Numbered from the stretch's first letter, positions 27,942 through 38,157 are shown. The stretch is 64,000 nucleotides of DNA from Novosphingobium sp. (GCF_036820275.1 NZ_DAISLT010000008.1:67177-131176); one strand, 5' to 3'. Notes: generated by a model from the letters alone, not told the origin. Program-made: numbers and translations.

Positions 27942-30568
27942 TCCGCGGCTTCCTTCTTGGCCTTTGCCGTAGTTTTTGGGGCAGCCTTCTTCGCAGCAGG
28001 CTTCTTCGCCGCCGGTTTCTTGGCGGCGGCCGGCTTGTCGCCGTCCTTGGCAGCCGCCTTCTTCGCCGGAGCTTTCTTGGCGGCGGCCTTCTTCGGCGCG
28101 GCCTTCTTCTTCGCGGGTCCCTTGGCGGCCTTTTCGTCGATCAGGGTGATCGCCTGTTCGGCGGTCAGGTCTTCCGGCTTCTGGTCGCGCGGAAGCGTCG
28201 CGTTGGTGGTGCCGTCGGTGACATAGGGACCATAGCGGCCCGCCAGCACCTTGATCTCGCCGCCCGAAGTCGGATGCGCGCCCAGCACCTTGATCGGCTC
28301 GGCCGCCGCGCGCGAACCGCGCGCGCCTGCTCCCGCCGCCGCTTCGGCGAGCTTGGTCACCGCCATGTTCATACCGGTCTCGAACACTTCGGCGGTGTTG
28401 CGCAGGCGCGCATACTTGCCGTTATGCGCCAGATAGGGGCCGTAGCGACCGATGCTGGCGGTGATGTTCTCGCCGGTTTCCGGGTGCGGACCGATAGTGC
28501 GCGGCAGGCTGAGCAGCTTGATCGCCCATTCCAGCGTCAGTTCGTCGATATCTTTGGGGATCGAGGCCCGCTTGGCCTCCTTGCCCTCGCCGAGCTGGAT
28601 ATAGGGACCGAAGCGGCCGGTGCGGCGCACGATCTCGAGGCCGGTCTCCGGATCCTGGCCCAGCCCTTCGTCCTCGCCGCCGTCGGCACTGCCGCCGGGC
28701 TGCGCGAACTTGCGGGTGAACTTGCACTCCGGATAGTTCGAGCAGGCCACGAAGGCACCGTAACGACCGCCGCGCAGCGACAGACGACCCTCGCCGCACT
28801 TGGGGCATAGGCGCGGATCGCTGCCGTCGGCCTTGGGCGGGAAGAGGTAGTCGGAGAGGAACTCGTCGAGCGCCTCGGTCACTTCCGAAGGCTTCTTCTC
28901 CATGACTTCGTCCGACTTCGGCTTGAAGTCGCGCCAGAAGGCTTCGAGCAGCGCTTTCCATTCCTGGCGACCGCCGGAAACGTCGTCCAGTTCGTCTTCC
29001 ATGCCCGCGGTGAATTCGTAGGCGACGTAGCGCTGGAAGAAGCGTTCGAGGAACGACGTGAGAAGGCGGCCCGATTCCTCTGCGAAGAAACGGTTTTTCT
29101 CGGTGCGGACGTAGTTGCGGTCCTTGATGACCTGGATCGTCGCCGCATACGTCGAAGGGCGGCCGATGCCCAGTTCTTCCAGACGCTTGACGAGGCTGGC
29201 TTCCGAGAAGCGCGGCGGCGGCTGGGTGAAGTGCTGTTCGGCGGTGACGTCCTTCTTGGCGGGCATGTCGCCCGACTTCATGAAGGGCAGCAGGCCGCCG
29301 TCGTCGTCGTCGGACTTGTTGTCCTGGCCTTCCTCGTAGACGGCGAGGAAGCCGGGGAACTTCACGACCTGGCCCGAGGCGCGCAGTTCGTGTTGGCCGG
29401 TGCCGTCGCGCAGGGTGACGGTGGTGCGCTCCAGCGCGGCCGAGGCCATCTGGCTGGCCATCGCGCGCTTGAAGATCAGGTCGTAGAGGCGGCCCTCGTC
29501 ACCCGAACCGTAGCGGTCCTTGGTGAAGTCGGTGGGGCGGATCGCCTCGTGCGCTTCCTGCGCGTTCTTCGCCTTGGTCTGATAGACACGCGGCTGCTCG
29601 GGCAGGTAGTGGCCCGAGAAGCGGTCGGTGATCGCGGCGCGGGCGGCCGAGATCGCGCTCGGGTCCATTTGCACGCCGTCGGTACGCATGTAGGTGATCG
29701 CGCCCGCCTCGTAGAGCGTCTGCGCCACGCGCATGGTCTGGCTGGCCGAGAAGCCCAGCTTGCGCGCGGCCTCCTGCTGGAGCGTCGAGGTGGTGAACGG
29801 CGGCTGAGGGTTGCGCCTGTGCGGCTTGGTCTCGACCGATTCGACCGTGAAGGCGCCGCTTTCGACGGCGGCCTTGGCGCGCATCGCGGTGCCTTCCTCG
29901 CCGATGCTCAGGCGGTCGAGCTTCTTGCCCTCGAAGGCGACCAGCTTGGCGGTGAAGTCGGTGCCGTCATGCGCCATCTGCGCCGCGACCGACCAGTATT
30001 CCTGCGGCTTGAAGGCTTCGATCTCACGCTCGCGGTCGACGATCAGGCGCAGCGCCACCGACTGCACGCGGCCCGCGGACTTGGCGCCGGGCAGCTTGCG
30101 CCAGAGCACCGGCGACAGCGTGAAGCCGAACAGATAGTCCAGCGCGCGGCGGGCGAGATAGGCGTCGATCAGGTCCTGGTCCAGCTCGCGCGGCTGGGTC
30201 ATCGCCTTGGTGACGGTGTCCTTGGTGATGGCGTTGAAGGTCACGCGCTGCACGTCCTTCGGCAGCGCCTTGCGCTTGGCCAGCAGTTCGCGGACGTGCC
30301 AGGAAATCGCCTCGCCCTCGCGATCAGGGTCAGTCGCGAGAATCAGCCGGTCGGCCCCCTTCGCGGCGTCGGTGATCGCCTTCACCTGCTTCTGCTTGTC
30401 GCCGTAAAGCTCCCAGTCCATCTCGAAGCCCTCGTCCGGGCGGACGGAGCCGTCCTTGGGCGGAAGGTCGCGGACGTGGCCGTAGCTGGCGAGAACCTTG
30501 TAGTCCTTGCCCAGATACTTTTCGATGGTCTTCGCCTTTGCCGGCGATTCTACGATGACTAGCTGCAT
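27938..30568 (-). CDS. topA: DNA topoisomerase I with a Lys/Ala-rich C-terminal tail
   Basis: 876 aa. It starts MQLVIVESPAKAKTIEKYLG (Toprim), has the active-site region ITYMRTDG and C-terminal zinc-ribbon Cys motifs. The tail reads AKKAAPKKAAAKKAPAKKAAAK... Confidence 0.95.
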   Translation of the reverse strand: MQLVIVESPAKAKTIEKYLGKDYKVLASYGHVRDLPPKDGSVRPDEGFEMDWELYGDKQKQVKAITDAAKGADRLILATDPDREGEAISWHVRELLAKRKALPKDVQRVTFNAITKDTVTKAMTQPRELDQDLIDAYLARRALDYLFGFTLSPVLWRKLPGAKSAGRVQSVALRLIVDREREIEAFKPQEYWSVAAQMAHDGTDFTAKLVAFEGKKLDRLSIGEEGTAMRAKAAVESGAFTVESVETKPHRRNPQPPFTTSTLQQEAARKLGFSASQTMRVAQTLYEAGAITYMRTDGVQMDPSAISAARAAITDRFSGHYLPEQPRVYQTKAKNAQEAHEAIRPTDFTKDRYGSGDEGRLYDLIFKRAMASQMASAALERTTVTLRDGTGQHELRASGQVVKFPGFLAVYEEGQDNKSDDDDGGLLPFMKSGDMPAKKDVTAEQHFTQPPPRFSEASLVKRLEELGIGRPSTYAATIQVIKDRNYVRTEKNRFFAEESGRLLTSFLERFFQRYVAYEFTAGMEDELDDVSGGRQEWKALLEAFWRDFKPKSDEVMEKKPSEVTEALDEFLSDYLFPPKADGSDPRLCPKCGEGRLSLRGGRYGAFVACSNYPECKFTRKFAQPGGSADGGEDEGLGQDPETGLEIVRRTGRFGPYIQLGEGKEAKRASIPKDIDELTLEWAIKLLSLPRTIGPHPETGENITASIGRYGPYLAHNGKYARLRNTAEVFETGMNMAVTKLAEAAAGAGARGSRAAAEPIKVLGAHPTSGGEIKVLAGRYGPYVTDGTTNATLPRDQKPEDLTAEQAITLIDEKAAKGPAKKKAAPKKAAAKKAPAKKAAAKDGDKPAAAKKPAAKKPAAKKAAPKTTAKAKKEAAE

Positions 30569-30608
30569 ACTTTCAGACTCTGTGTGCCCCTGGGCGCCAA
30601 TGCGCCCT

Positions 30609-30636
30609 TACGTGTGCGCATATACGTGTACGCATA
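30609..30636 (-). promoter_or_regulatory. tandem 14-bp direct repeat in the topA upstream region
   Basis: tacgtgtgcgcata and tacgtgtacgcata match at 13 of 14 positions. They lie 41-68 nt upstream of the topA ATG. Function unknown. Confidence 0.35.
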
Positions 30637-30729
30637 GGGTGGGAAGCCATTGGGCGCTTCGTCAAGCCCAGAGATATGGCTCGGATGTGCCGCGATCGTT
30701 TCCGCGCCCCCCGCCCCGGAAACAAGGCC

Positions 30730-31863
30730 TCATGCGAGACTGACCCGGCCGCCCGCATGACGCACGAGCCTGCCGCCGATCTCCAGTTCCAGCAAGGCCA
30801 TGTGGATTGCCGGTGCCCCCGCGCCCGATTGCCGAATCAGTTCGTCGACGGCGACGGGCGCCGTGGAGAGCAGATCGGCGATCCGGATCTCGGTGTCCTG
30901 CGCGGCTGCTTCCGCCACGGGATGCCACGAAGGGCGGCTCTCGCGAACACTCGCCCTCGGCAGGCCGTCGAAGCCAGAGAGCAGTTCCACCACGTCCTCT
31001 ACCGATTGCACCAGCACGGCGCCGTCGCGGATCAGCTGGTTGCAGCCGTGGGAGCGCGGATCGAGCGGCGATCCGGGAACCGCCATCACTTCGCGGCCCA
31101 TCTCCCCCGCCAGACGCGCGGTAATCAGCGACCCCGACTTGGGCGCCGCCTCGACGACGATCGTCCCGGCGGCAAGCCCGGCGATGATGCGGTTGCGGGT
31201 GGGGAAATGACGCGCCAGCGGCTCGGTCCCCGGCGGCTGCTCGGCCAGCAGCAGGCCTTCGGCCGCCACGCGCTCCTGCAAATCGGCGTGCTCGGGCGGA
31301 TAGGCCACGTCGATCCCGCTGGCGATGACGCCGACGGTCGCTCCGCCCGCCAGCGCGCCCTGATGCGCCGCGCCGTCGATCCCGCGCGCCAGCCCGGAAA
31401 CGACCGTGAAACCGACTTCCGCAAGCGCATGGGCGAAGTCCCGGGCCAGACGCACCGCCGCCGCCGAAGCATTGCGCGCGCCGACGATCGCCACGGTGGG
31501 GCGCCCAAGCAGGCCGGTATCGCCCCGAAACGTCAGGATCGGCGGCGCCCCTTCCGAATAGGCGAGCAGCGCCGGATAGTCGGGAGAATCGTGGAAGAGG
31601 TAGCGCGCGCCGGTCTTGCGGGTGGCGGCGATCTCCCCCTGGATACGGCGCTCAGGCGCCGCCTCGTAAGCCTTGCCGGCCCGTCCGGCGAGACCCGGAA
31701 GCGCATCGAGCGCGGCGCGGGCATCGCCGAAACGCGCCAGCAGCTGCATGTAGGTGACCGGGCCGATATGGGGAGAACGCAGGAGCCGGATGCGCGCGAA
31801 AGCTTCCTCCTGCGAGAGATTCGCTGCCGCCTTTCCGTCCTGCTTCCCCCCGTGCCCCATCAC
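30730..31863 (-). CDS. dprA: DNA-processing protein DprA (Smf)
   Basis: VAIVGARNASAAAVRLARDFAHALAEVGFTVVSGLARGIDGAAHQGAL. The GTG (31863) or ATG (31860) start overlaps the plsY stop. Confidence 0.9.
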   Translation of the reverse strand: MMGHGGKQDGKAAANLSQEEAFARIRLLRSPHIGPVTYMQLLARFGDARAALDALPGLAGRAGKAYEAAPERRIQGEIAATRKTGARYLFHDSPDYPALLAYSEGAPPILTFRGDTGLLGRPTVAIVGARNASAAAVRLARDFAHALAEVGFTVVSGLARGIDGAAHQGALAGGATVGVIASGIDVAYPPEHADLQERVAAEGLLLAEQPPGTEPLARHFPTRNRIIAGLAAGTIVVEAAPKSGSLITARLAGEMGREVMAVPGSPLDPRSHGCNQLIRDGAVLVQSVEDVVELLSGFDGLPRASVRESRPSWHPVAEAAAQDTEIRIADLLSTAPVAVDELIRQSGAGAPAIHMALLELEIGGRLVRHAGGRVSLA

Positions 31864-32447
31864 GGTTTCTTGCCGCTCCCGACTTTCGGCTCGGTCCCGG
31901 CGCGCAGGCGGGCGATGTTCTCGCGGTGCTGGAACAGCACGATCGCCGCGATCACCGCCAGCACAGCGGCGGCCTCACCCCGGCCAAGCAGCAGCGCCGC
32001 GATCGGTGCGGCAACGGCGGCGATCATCCCGGCCACCGAAGAAATCCGGACCGTCAGCAGCAGGCCGATCCAGGTCAGCGCATAGACCAGCCCCACCGGC
32101 CAGGCGAGGCCAAAGGCGATGCCCGCCGTGGTCGCAACGCCCTTGCCACCCTTGAAGCCCAGCCAGACCGGGAAGCAATGGCCCAGGAACGCGCCGAGCG
32201 CCGCCAGCCAGGTCCATTCCGGCAGGAAGTGCGCGGCGATCAGCACCGCGGCAAGGCCCTTGAGCAAGTCGAGCAGCAGCGTCGCGGCGGCCAGCCCCTT
32301 GCGGCCGGTGCGCAGGACGTTGGTGGCTCCGATGTTGCCCGAACCGATCGCGCGCAAGTCGCCCGCGCCCGCTATCCGGGTGATGAGAAGGCCGAAAGGC
32401 ACCGAACCGAGGGCATAGCCCAGCACAAGGGCGAGAATCCATTCCAT
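31860..32447 (-). CDS. plsY: glycerol-3-phosphate acyltransferase PlsY
   Basis: 195 aa with GYALGSVPFGLL, GSGNIGATNVLRTG and FKGGKGVAT. Confidence 0.95.
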   Translation of the reverse strand: MEWILALVLGYALGSVPFGLLITRIAGAGDLRAIGSGNIGATNVLRTGRKGLAAATLLLDLLKGLAAVLIAAHFLPEWTWLAALGAFLGHCFPVWLGFKGGKGVATTAGIAFGLAWPVGLVYALTWIGLLLTVRISSVAGMIAAVAAPIAALLLGRGEAAAVLAVIAAIVLFQHRENIARLRAGTEPKVGSGKKP

Positions 32448-32556
32448 CCCCCGCTCTTAGCGACTTGTGCGGCATTGGCGAAGCGGCTTGCAGCAATGAA
32501 CATTGCCCTTTCCCCTCCCGAGCGATTAACAGGGTGCAAGGTCCAGGAATAAAGCC

Positions 32557-33414
32557 ATGCCCTCCCCCGTTCTCGCCCCCGTTCACTCCACGCTCCATCG
32601 GGTTCCGGACGCCGCTTCGGTCGATCCGGCCGCACCGATCCTGCTGTTCGATTCGGGCGTCGGCGGCCTCACCGTGCTGGGCGAGCTGCGCAAGGTGCTG
32701 CCCCAGGCCCCGGTGATCTACGCGGCGGACATGGCGGGGCTGCCCTACGGCACCAAGACCGAGGCCCAGGTGACGGCCCGCGTCGCCGGGCTGCTCGGCC
32801 GGATGACCGAGCGTTTCGCTCCTCGCCTCGTCTGCATCGCCTGCAACACCGCCTCGACGATCGCGCTCGGCATGGTGCGCGAAGTGTTGGAAGTGCCGGT
32901 GGTCGGCACCGTTCCCGCGATCAAGCCCGCTGCGGCGATGACCCGCAGCGGGGTCATCGGCCTGCTCGGCACCCAGGCGACGATCCGCCAGGCCTATGTA
33001 GACCGGCTGGAACAGGAATTCGCAGGCGGCAAGCGCCTGCTGCGCTACGGCGGCCCCGGCCTGGTCGAGGCGGCGGAAGCCAAGCTGCGCGGCGAGCCGG
33101 TCGATCCTGCCGCGATAATCCGGGCAGCCGAGGCGCTGCGGGCAATGCCCGGCGGCGAAGACATCGACACACTCGTGCTCGCCTGCACCCACTTCCCGCT
33201 GCTGGAAGAGGAACTGACGCAGGCTTTCGGCCCCCACGTGCGCTTCGTCCACGGCGCCGAAGGCATCGCCCGGCGAATCGCCCAGCTCACCGCCGGACAG
33301 GAATTCACGCGCCGCGTCCCCGACCGCGCCCTGTTCACCGGACCGGGCGAATTCCCCGGCGCCTACGGCGAGGCCCTTGCCCGCTACGGGCTGCCCGAAG
33401 GCGGAAGGTTTTGA
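32557..33414 (+). CDS. murI: glutamate racemase
   Basis: ILLFDSGVGGLTV, the catalytic Cys regions IACNTAS and LACTHFP. Confidence 0.9.
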   Translation: MPSPVLAPVHSTLHRVPDAASVDPAAPILLFDSGVGGLTVLGELRKVLPQAPVIYAADMAGLPYGTKTEAQVTARVAGLLGRMTERFAPRLVCIACNTASTIALGMVREVLEVPVVGTVPAIKPAAAMTRSGVIGLLGTQATIRQAYVDRLEQEFAGGKRLLRYGGPGLVEAAEAKLRGEPVDPAAIIRAAEALRAMPGGEDIDTLVLACTHFPLLEEELTQAFGPHVRFVHGAEGIARRIAQLTAGQEFTRRVPDRALFTGPGEFPGAYGEALARYGLPEGGRF

Positions 33415-34325
33415 CGCCGCGCTTCAATCTGCTGCTGCTCATTCTCCTGCTGCTCGTCGGCGTACCGCTCTACTGGTTCCAGCTCGACGACAGCGCCCCC
33501 GGCGCCAAGGCCTATCCCCTCGACATCGCCCGCCTGCGGGACCTGGCGGCCAGCATACCGGGCCAGGCACCTCGCGAACTGCGGCAGGAAGTCGTCGGCT
33601 ACCGCACCCTCCTCTCCAACCGGATTGCCGCAGGCAGCGGCTTCCGCCCGGTCCGGCTGGCGGTCCGCGCCTTCGAGGCGGTCGTTCCCGGCGAGCCGCC
33701 GATCCTGATCGACGCCGGAACGACGCCCCGCGACGCGAAGAAGCGCGATGTCGAGGACTTCGACGCCGCTGCGCAGCACCGGGTCGATCGCCGCGTCGAG
33801 ATTGCCGCGATGAAGCTCGTGCTGCTGGACCGGCCGCTCCATCGCGGCAATCCGGCCCTGTCCTCTCCGGAAGCAATCCCGCTTCCCGACCTCGGCAATG
33901 GCGAGCCCCGCGCGGTGGCGCCCGGTGTCGTCGTCATTCCGCTGCCCGGCCTGCCCGACCGGGCCAGGATGGTCTATATCCGGCTGGAGGACGGCCGCGA
34001 GTTCCTCTTCACCGGCGATGTCGCCACGATCGACGCGAACTGGCTGCAGCTTCGCCCCCCGGCCCGTACTTTCAGGTCGATGACCGATGGCGACGAACGC
34101 CGCGAGACGGTATCCTGGCTGATGACGATCAAGGCGCTGAAACGCGCCGCTCCGGCGATGAGCATCGTCGCAGGTCACGAACCGCGCGATGTGGCGGGCA
34201 TAACAAGCGGTTTTGCGCAAGCGGATTTGCAAAAGATCGATCATAGTGTGCGAGACAAGCGACTGGCCATGTCCCGAACGATCATGTATTTGCCCGCAGC
34301 AACGGGTAATAGCCCAAGGACGTGA
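33411..34325 (+). CDS. membrane-anchored hypothetical protein
   Basis: The TTG start overlaps the murI TGA (TTGA) and follows GGAAGG. It has an N-terminal TM segment, FNLLLLILLLLVGVPLYWF. I see no confident motif. Confidence 0.6.
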   Translation: MTPRFNLLLLILLLLVGVPLYWFQLDDSAPGAKAYPLDIARLRDLAASIPGQAPRELRQEVVGYRTLLSNRIAAGSGFRPVRLAVRAFEAVVPGEPPILIDAGTTPRDAKKRDVEDFDAAAQHRVDRRVEIAAMKLVLLDRPLHRGNPALSSPEAIPLPDLGNGEPRAVAPGVVVIPLPGLPDRARMVYIRLEDGREFLFTGDVATIDANWLQLRPPARTFRSMTDGDERRETVSWLMTIKALKRAAPAMSIVAGHEPRDVAGITSGFAQADLQKIDHSVRDKRLAMSRTIMYLPAATGNSPRT

Positions 34326-34358
34326 AGTCCCCCAAAGGCGAACGCAGGAAGTGCCCAG

Positions 34359-35573
34359 GTGAACTACGAACACATTTTCGATCAGGCGATCGAGCGCCTC
34401 CACTCGGAAGGCCGCTACCGCGTCTTCATCGACATCCTGCGCAACAAGGGCGCCTACCCGAACGCCCGCTGCTTCGCCGGGCACAACGGCCCCAAGCCGA
34501 TCACCGTGTGGTGCTCCAATGACTATCTTGCGATGGGCCAGCACCCCAAGGTGATCGAGGCCATGGAAGAGGCGCTGCACGACGTCGGCGCCGGTTCCGG
34601 CGGCACCCGCAACATCGGCGGCAACACGCACTATCACATCGAGCTTGAAAGCGAGCTGGCCGACCTGCACGGCAAGGAAGGCGCGCTGCTGTTCACCTCG
34701 GGCTACGTCTCGAACGACGCCACGCTCTCCACGCTGGCCAAGCTGCTGCCGGGCTGCGTGATCTTCTCGGACGAGCTGAACCACGCCTCGATGATCGCGG
34801 GCATCCGCAATTCGGGCTGCGACAAGAAAGTCTGGCGCCACAACGACCTCGAACACCTTGAGGAACTGCTGGCCCAGACCGATCCCGCCCTGCCCAAGCT
34901 GATCGCCTTCGAGTCGGTCTATTCGATGGACGGGGACGTCGCGCCGATCCACGCGATCTGCGACCTTGCCGAGAAGTACAACGCGCTCACCTATATCGAC
35001 GAAGTCCACGCGGTCGGCATGTACGGCCCGCGCGGCGGCGGCATCACCGATCGTGACGAGGCGGCCCACCGCATCGACATCATCGAGGGCACGCTGGGCA
35101 AGGCCTTCGGCGTGATGGGCGGCTATATCGCCACCAACCAGAAGATCATCGACTGCATCCGCTCCTATGCGCCGGGCTTCATCTTCACGACGTCGCTGTC
35201 GCCGGTGCTGGTCGCGGGCGTGCTTGCCTCGGTGAAACACCTCAAGGGCTCCAGCGTGGAACGCGAAGGCCAGCAGCGCTCGGCCGCGATGATGAAGCAG
35301 ATGTTCCGCGACGCCGGCCTGCCGGTCATGGATTCCACCACGCACATCGTGCCGCTGATGGTCGGCGATCCGGTCAAGGCCAAGAAGATCAGCGACATCC
35401 TGCTCGCCGAATATGGCGCCTATGTGCAGCCGATCAACTTCCCGACCGTGCCGCGCGGCACCGAGCGCCTGCGCTTCACCCCCGGTCCGGCCCATACCGA
35501 AGCGATGATGCACCACCTTACCGAGGCGCTGGTCGAGATCTGGGAACGCCTGGAAATGCGTCTGGCCGCCTGA
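34359..35573 (+). CDS. hemA: 5-aminolevulinate synthase
   Basis: 404 aa with a GTG start. It has [23 protein letters not shown] and the PLP-lysine region of an alpha-oxoamine synthase. Confidence 0.95.
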   Translation: MNYEHIFDQAIERLHSEGRYRVFIDILRNKGAYPNARCFAGHNGPKPITVWCSNDYLAMGQHPKVIEAMEEALHDVGAGSGGTRNIGGNTHYHIELESELADLHGKEGALLFTSGYVSNDATLSTLAKLLPGCVIFSDELNHASMIAGIRNSGCDKKVWRHNDLEHLEELLAQTDPALPKLIAFESVYSMDGDVAPIHAICDLAEKYNALTYIDEVHAVGMYGPRGGGITDRDEAAHRIDIIEGTLGKAFGVMGGYIATNQKIIDCIRSYAPGFIFTTSLSPVLVAGVLASVKHLKGSSVEREGQQRSAAMMKQMFRDAGLPVMDSTTHIVPLMVGDPVKAKKISDILLAEYGAYVQPINFPTVPRGTERLRFTPGPAHTEAMMHHLTEALVEIWERLEMRLAA

Positions 35574-35605
35574 GCCTTTCGCAAGCGCAACAAAATCTTT
35601 CGTAT

Positions 35606-35642
35606 AGGGCTCCCCGTTCTCGCGGCGGAGCCCTTTTCATTT
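35606..35642 (+). terminator. intrinsic terminator after hemA
   Basis: agggctcc-N13-ggagccct is followed by tttcattt. Confidence 0.7.
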
Positions 35643-35731
35643 GCCCGGCCGTCCCCAAGTTCAGCCCGTCGCTCACTCCGCGCCCTCTCCCGGCGCCCTT
35701 CTCCCGCGACGACGTGACCAGAAGGACTTCC

Positions 35732-36832
35732 ATGGCCAAGCTGTTCGAGCCGATCACCCTCGGCAACCTCACCCTCGCCAATCGCATCGTCATTGCCCCC
35801 ATGTGCCAGTATTCCGCCGAGGACGGGCGCATGACCGACTGGCACGCCATGCACCTCGGCAATCTCGCGCAGTCCGGCGCGGGCATCCTCACGATCGAGG
35901 CAACCGCCGTCAGCGCAGAGGGCCGCATTTCCTACGCCGACGTCGGCCTCTGGAACGATGAGACCGAGCAAGCGATGGCCAAGGTCCTGGACAGCGTGCG
36001 GCGCTGGTCGGACATGCCGATCGCCATCCAGCTCGCCCATGCGGGCCGCAAGGCCAGTACCGCCAAGCCCTGGGACGGCGGCGGCCAGATCGCCCCCGAT
36101 GCCGAAAACGGCTGGCAGACGGTCTCTGCCTCCAACTTGCCCTTCCTGCCTGACGAGAACGCCCCTGAAGCCCTCGACAAGGCCGGGCTGGATCGTATCC
36201 GCGAGGCCTTCGCCGATGCCGCACGCCGCGCCGCACGCCTCGGTATCGACGCCGTCCAGATCCACGGCGCCCACGGCTACCTGCTCCACCAGTTCCTCTC
36301 GCCGCTCTCCAACAAGCGCGAGGACGAATACGGCGGCAGCCTCGAAAACCGCATGCGCTTCCCGCTGGAAGTCTACGATGCCGTGCGCGCCGCCTTCCCC
36401 GCGGATCGGCCGGTGACGATGCGCGTATCCGGCACGGACTGGGCCGAAGGCGGCTGGGACATCGAACAGACCATCGCCTTCGCCAAGGCGCTCGAAGCGC
36501 GCGGTTGCGCCGCCTATCACGTCTCCAGCGGCGGGCTGGACGCCGGGCAGAAGATCCCGGTCGGCCCCAACTATCAGGTTCCGCTCGCCCGCAAGGTGAA
36601 GGAAGCGGTCTCGATGCCGGTGATCGCCGTCGGTCTCATCACCGAACCGGAACAGGCAGAGGCCATCGTCGCCACCGGCGAGGCCGACATGATCGGCCTG
36701 GCCCGCACCGTGCTCTACGATCCCCGCTGGCCCTGGCATGCCGCGGCCGCGCTCGGTGCGACGGTCAAGGCCGCGCCGCAGTTCCTGCGCTGCCAGCCGC
36801 GCGTCTACAAGGATCTGTTCGTACAGGCCTGA
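35732..36832 (+). CDS. NADH:flavin oxidoreductase (Old Yellow Enzyme family)
   Basis: MAKLFEPITLGNLTLANRIVIAPMCQYSA, HGAHGYLLHQFLSPLSNKR and RFPLEV. The ATG follows GAAGGA. Confidence 0.9.
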   Translation: MAKLFEPITLGNLTLANRIVIAPMCQYSAEDGRMTDWHAMHLGNLAQSGAGILTIEATAVSAEGRISYADVGLWNDETEQAMAKVLDSVRRWSDMPIAIQLAHAGRKASTAKPWDGGGQIAPDAENGWQTVSASNLPFLPDENAPEALDKAGLDRIREAFADAARRAARLGIDAVQIHGAHGYLLHQFLSPLSNKREDEYGGSLENRMRFPLEVYDAVRAAFPADRPVTMRVSGTDWAEGGWDIEQTIAFAKALEARGCAAYHVSSGGLDAGQKIPVGPNYQVPLARKVKEAVSMPVIAVGLITEPEQAEAIVATGEADMIGLARTVLYDPRWPWHAAAALGATVKAAPQFLRCQPRVYKDLFVQA

Positions 36833-36850
36833 TCCCGCACGACGGACAAG

Positions 36851-36889
36851 AAAAAAGCCCGCTGGAACCGAAGTTCCAGCGGGCTTTTT
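36851..36889. terminator. bidirectional intrinsic terminator between the OYE and ODC genes
   Basis: aaaaaa-gcccgctggaac-cgaa-gttccagcgggc-ttttt is a perfect 12-bp stem flanked by an A-tract and a T-tract. Confidence 0.9.
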
Positions 36890-36908
36890 CATAACGGTTC
36901 CGACAGGA

Positions 36909-38132
36909 TCAGCGCAGCGAGACCACGTTGTCCGAAACGCGCGGGTCCTTGCGCTCGCCCGTGTAGAGGCTGGCCATCGGCTCGTCCGAGACGTTCAGCA
37001 CCTCGCCGGTGCCGAAGCCGTTGAACGCCGTGCGCATGGCCGCTCCGTAAGCGCCGAGCATGCCCACTTCGATCCAGTCGCCCGCCTTGATGTCGGCCGG
37101 GAGCATGAACGGGCCTTCCATGAAGTCGGCATCGTCGCAGGTCGGGCCGTAGAACGAGAATTCCTGAAGCTCTTCCGAACGCTCGCCGCCGACGGCGGTT
37201 TCGCGCGAGATGCACTTCACCGGGAAGCGCCAGGCGACATGGGCCGCATCGTATAGCGCGCCATAGGCACCCTCGTTGATGTAAAGCTCGTCACCGCGAC
37301 GCTTCTCGACCTTGACGATCATCGAGCTGTACTCGGCCGAGAGCGCACGGCCCGGCTCGCACCACAGTTCGGCGTTGTACGCGATCGGCAGGGCTTCGAA
37401 GTGACGGTGGATCACCTGGAAATAGTCTTCCAGCGGCGGCGGCTCCATGCCCGGATAGACCGAGGGGAAGCCTCCACCGACATCGATCATGTCGATGACG
37501 ACACCGGCATCGGCGATCGCCGCGCGGGCACGCTCCAGCGCCTGAACATAGGCGAAGGGCGTCATCGCCTGCGAACCGACATGGAAGCACACGCCCAGCC
37601 AGTCGGCGACCTGACGGGTCGCCTGCAGCAGCTCGCCCGCATCGGCCAGATCGACGCCGAACTTCGAGGCCAGGCTCAGTTCCGAATATTCGGAAGAGAC
37701 GCGCAGGCGCACGCAGAGACGCAGATCGGTGGCGCGGTTGCCTTCGGCATCGGTCGTCGCGTCGAGAATCTTCTCGACTTCCTCGATGGTGTCGAGGCTG
37801 AAGGTGCGAACGCCGTGTTCGAAATAGGCTTCGCGGATCGCGCTGGCGGTCTTGACCGGGTGCATGAAGCACAGGGTCGCATCCGGCAGTGCCGTGCGGA
37901 CCATGCGGACTTCGCCGATGGAAGCCACGTCGTAGTGGGTGATGCCGTTCGCCCAGAGGATCTTGATGAGATCCGGCGACGGGTTCGCCTTCACGGCATA
38001 GAGCGCCTTGCCCGGAAACTTCGTGGCGAAGAAACGGGCCGCGCGCGCAGCAGCATGCGGGCGGTTGAGGATAACGGGTTCGTCGGGCGCGATTGCGCGC
38101 GCTACAGCCGGTGCGTCAAGAAATTCGAGCAA
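36909..38132 (-). CDS. type III PLP (Orn/DAP/Arg decarboxylase family 2) decarboxylase, probably ornithine decarboxylase
   Basis: 407 aa with YAVKANPSPDLIKIL (PLP-Lys) and GGGFP. Its context is carboxynorspermidine pathway genes. The start appears to be TTG at 38132. Confidence 0.85.
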   Translation of the reverse strand: MLEFLDAPAVARAIAPDEPVILNRPHAAARAARFFATKFPGKALYAVKANPSPDLIKILWANGITHYDVASIGEVRMVRTALPDATLCFMHPVKTASAIREAYFEHGVRTFSLDTIEEVEKILDATTDAEGNRATDLRLCVRLRVSSEYSELSLASKFGVDLADAGELLQATRQVADWLGVCFHVGSQAMTPFAYVQALERARAAIADAGVVIDMIDVGGGFPSVYPGMEPPPLEDYFQVIHRHFEALPIAYNAELWCEPGRALSAEYSSMIVKVEKRRGDELYINEGAYGALYDAAHVAWRFPVKCISRETAVGGERSEELQEFSFYGPTCDDADFMEGPFMLPADIKAGDWIEVGMLGAYGAAMRTAFNGFGTGEVLNVSDEPMASLYTGERKDPRVSDNVVSLR

Positions 38133-38157
38133 CTCAAGGGACCCCCAAACGGAATTG

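Noticed and set aside
30609-30636. XerCD dif site, because GTGCGCATA resembles the XerC arm of E. coli dif and xerD is in the window
   Set aside because: The second half does not resemble a XerD arm (TTATGTTAAAT-like). The sequence is a direct rather than inverted arrangement and sits in the topA promoter. xerD itself is a core gene and need not be near dif.
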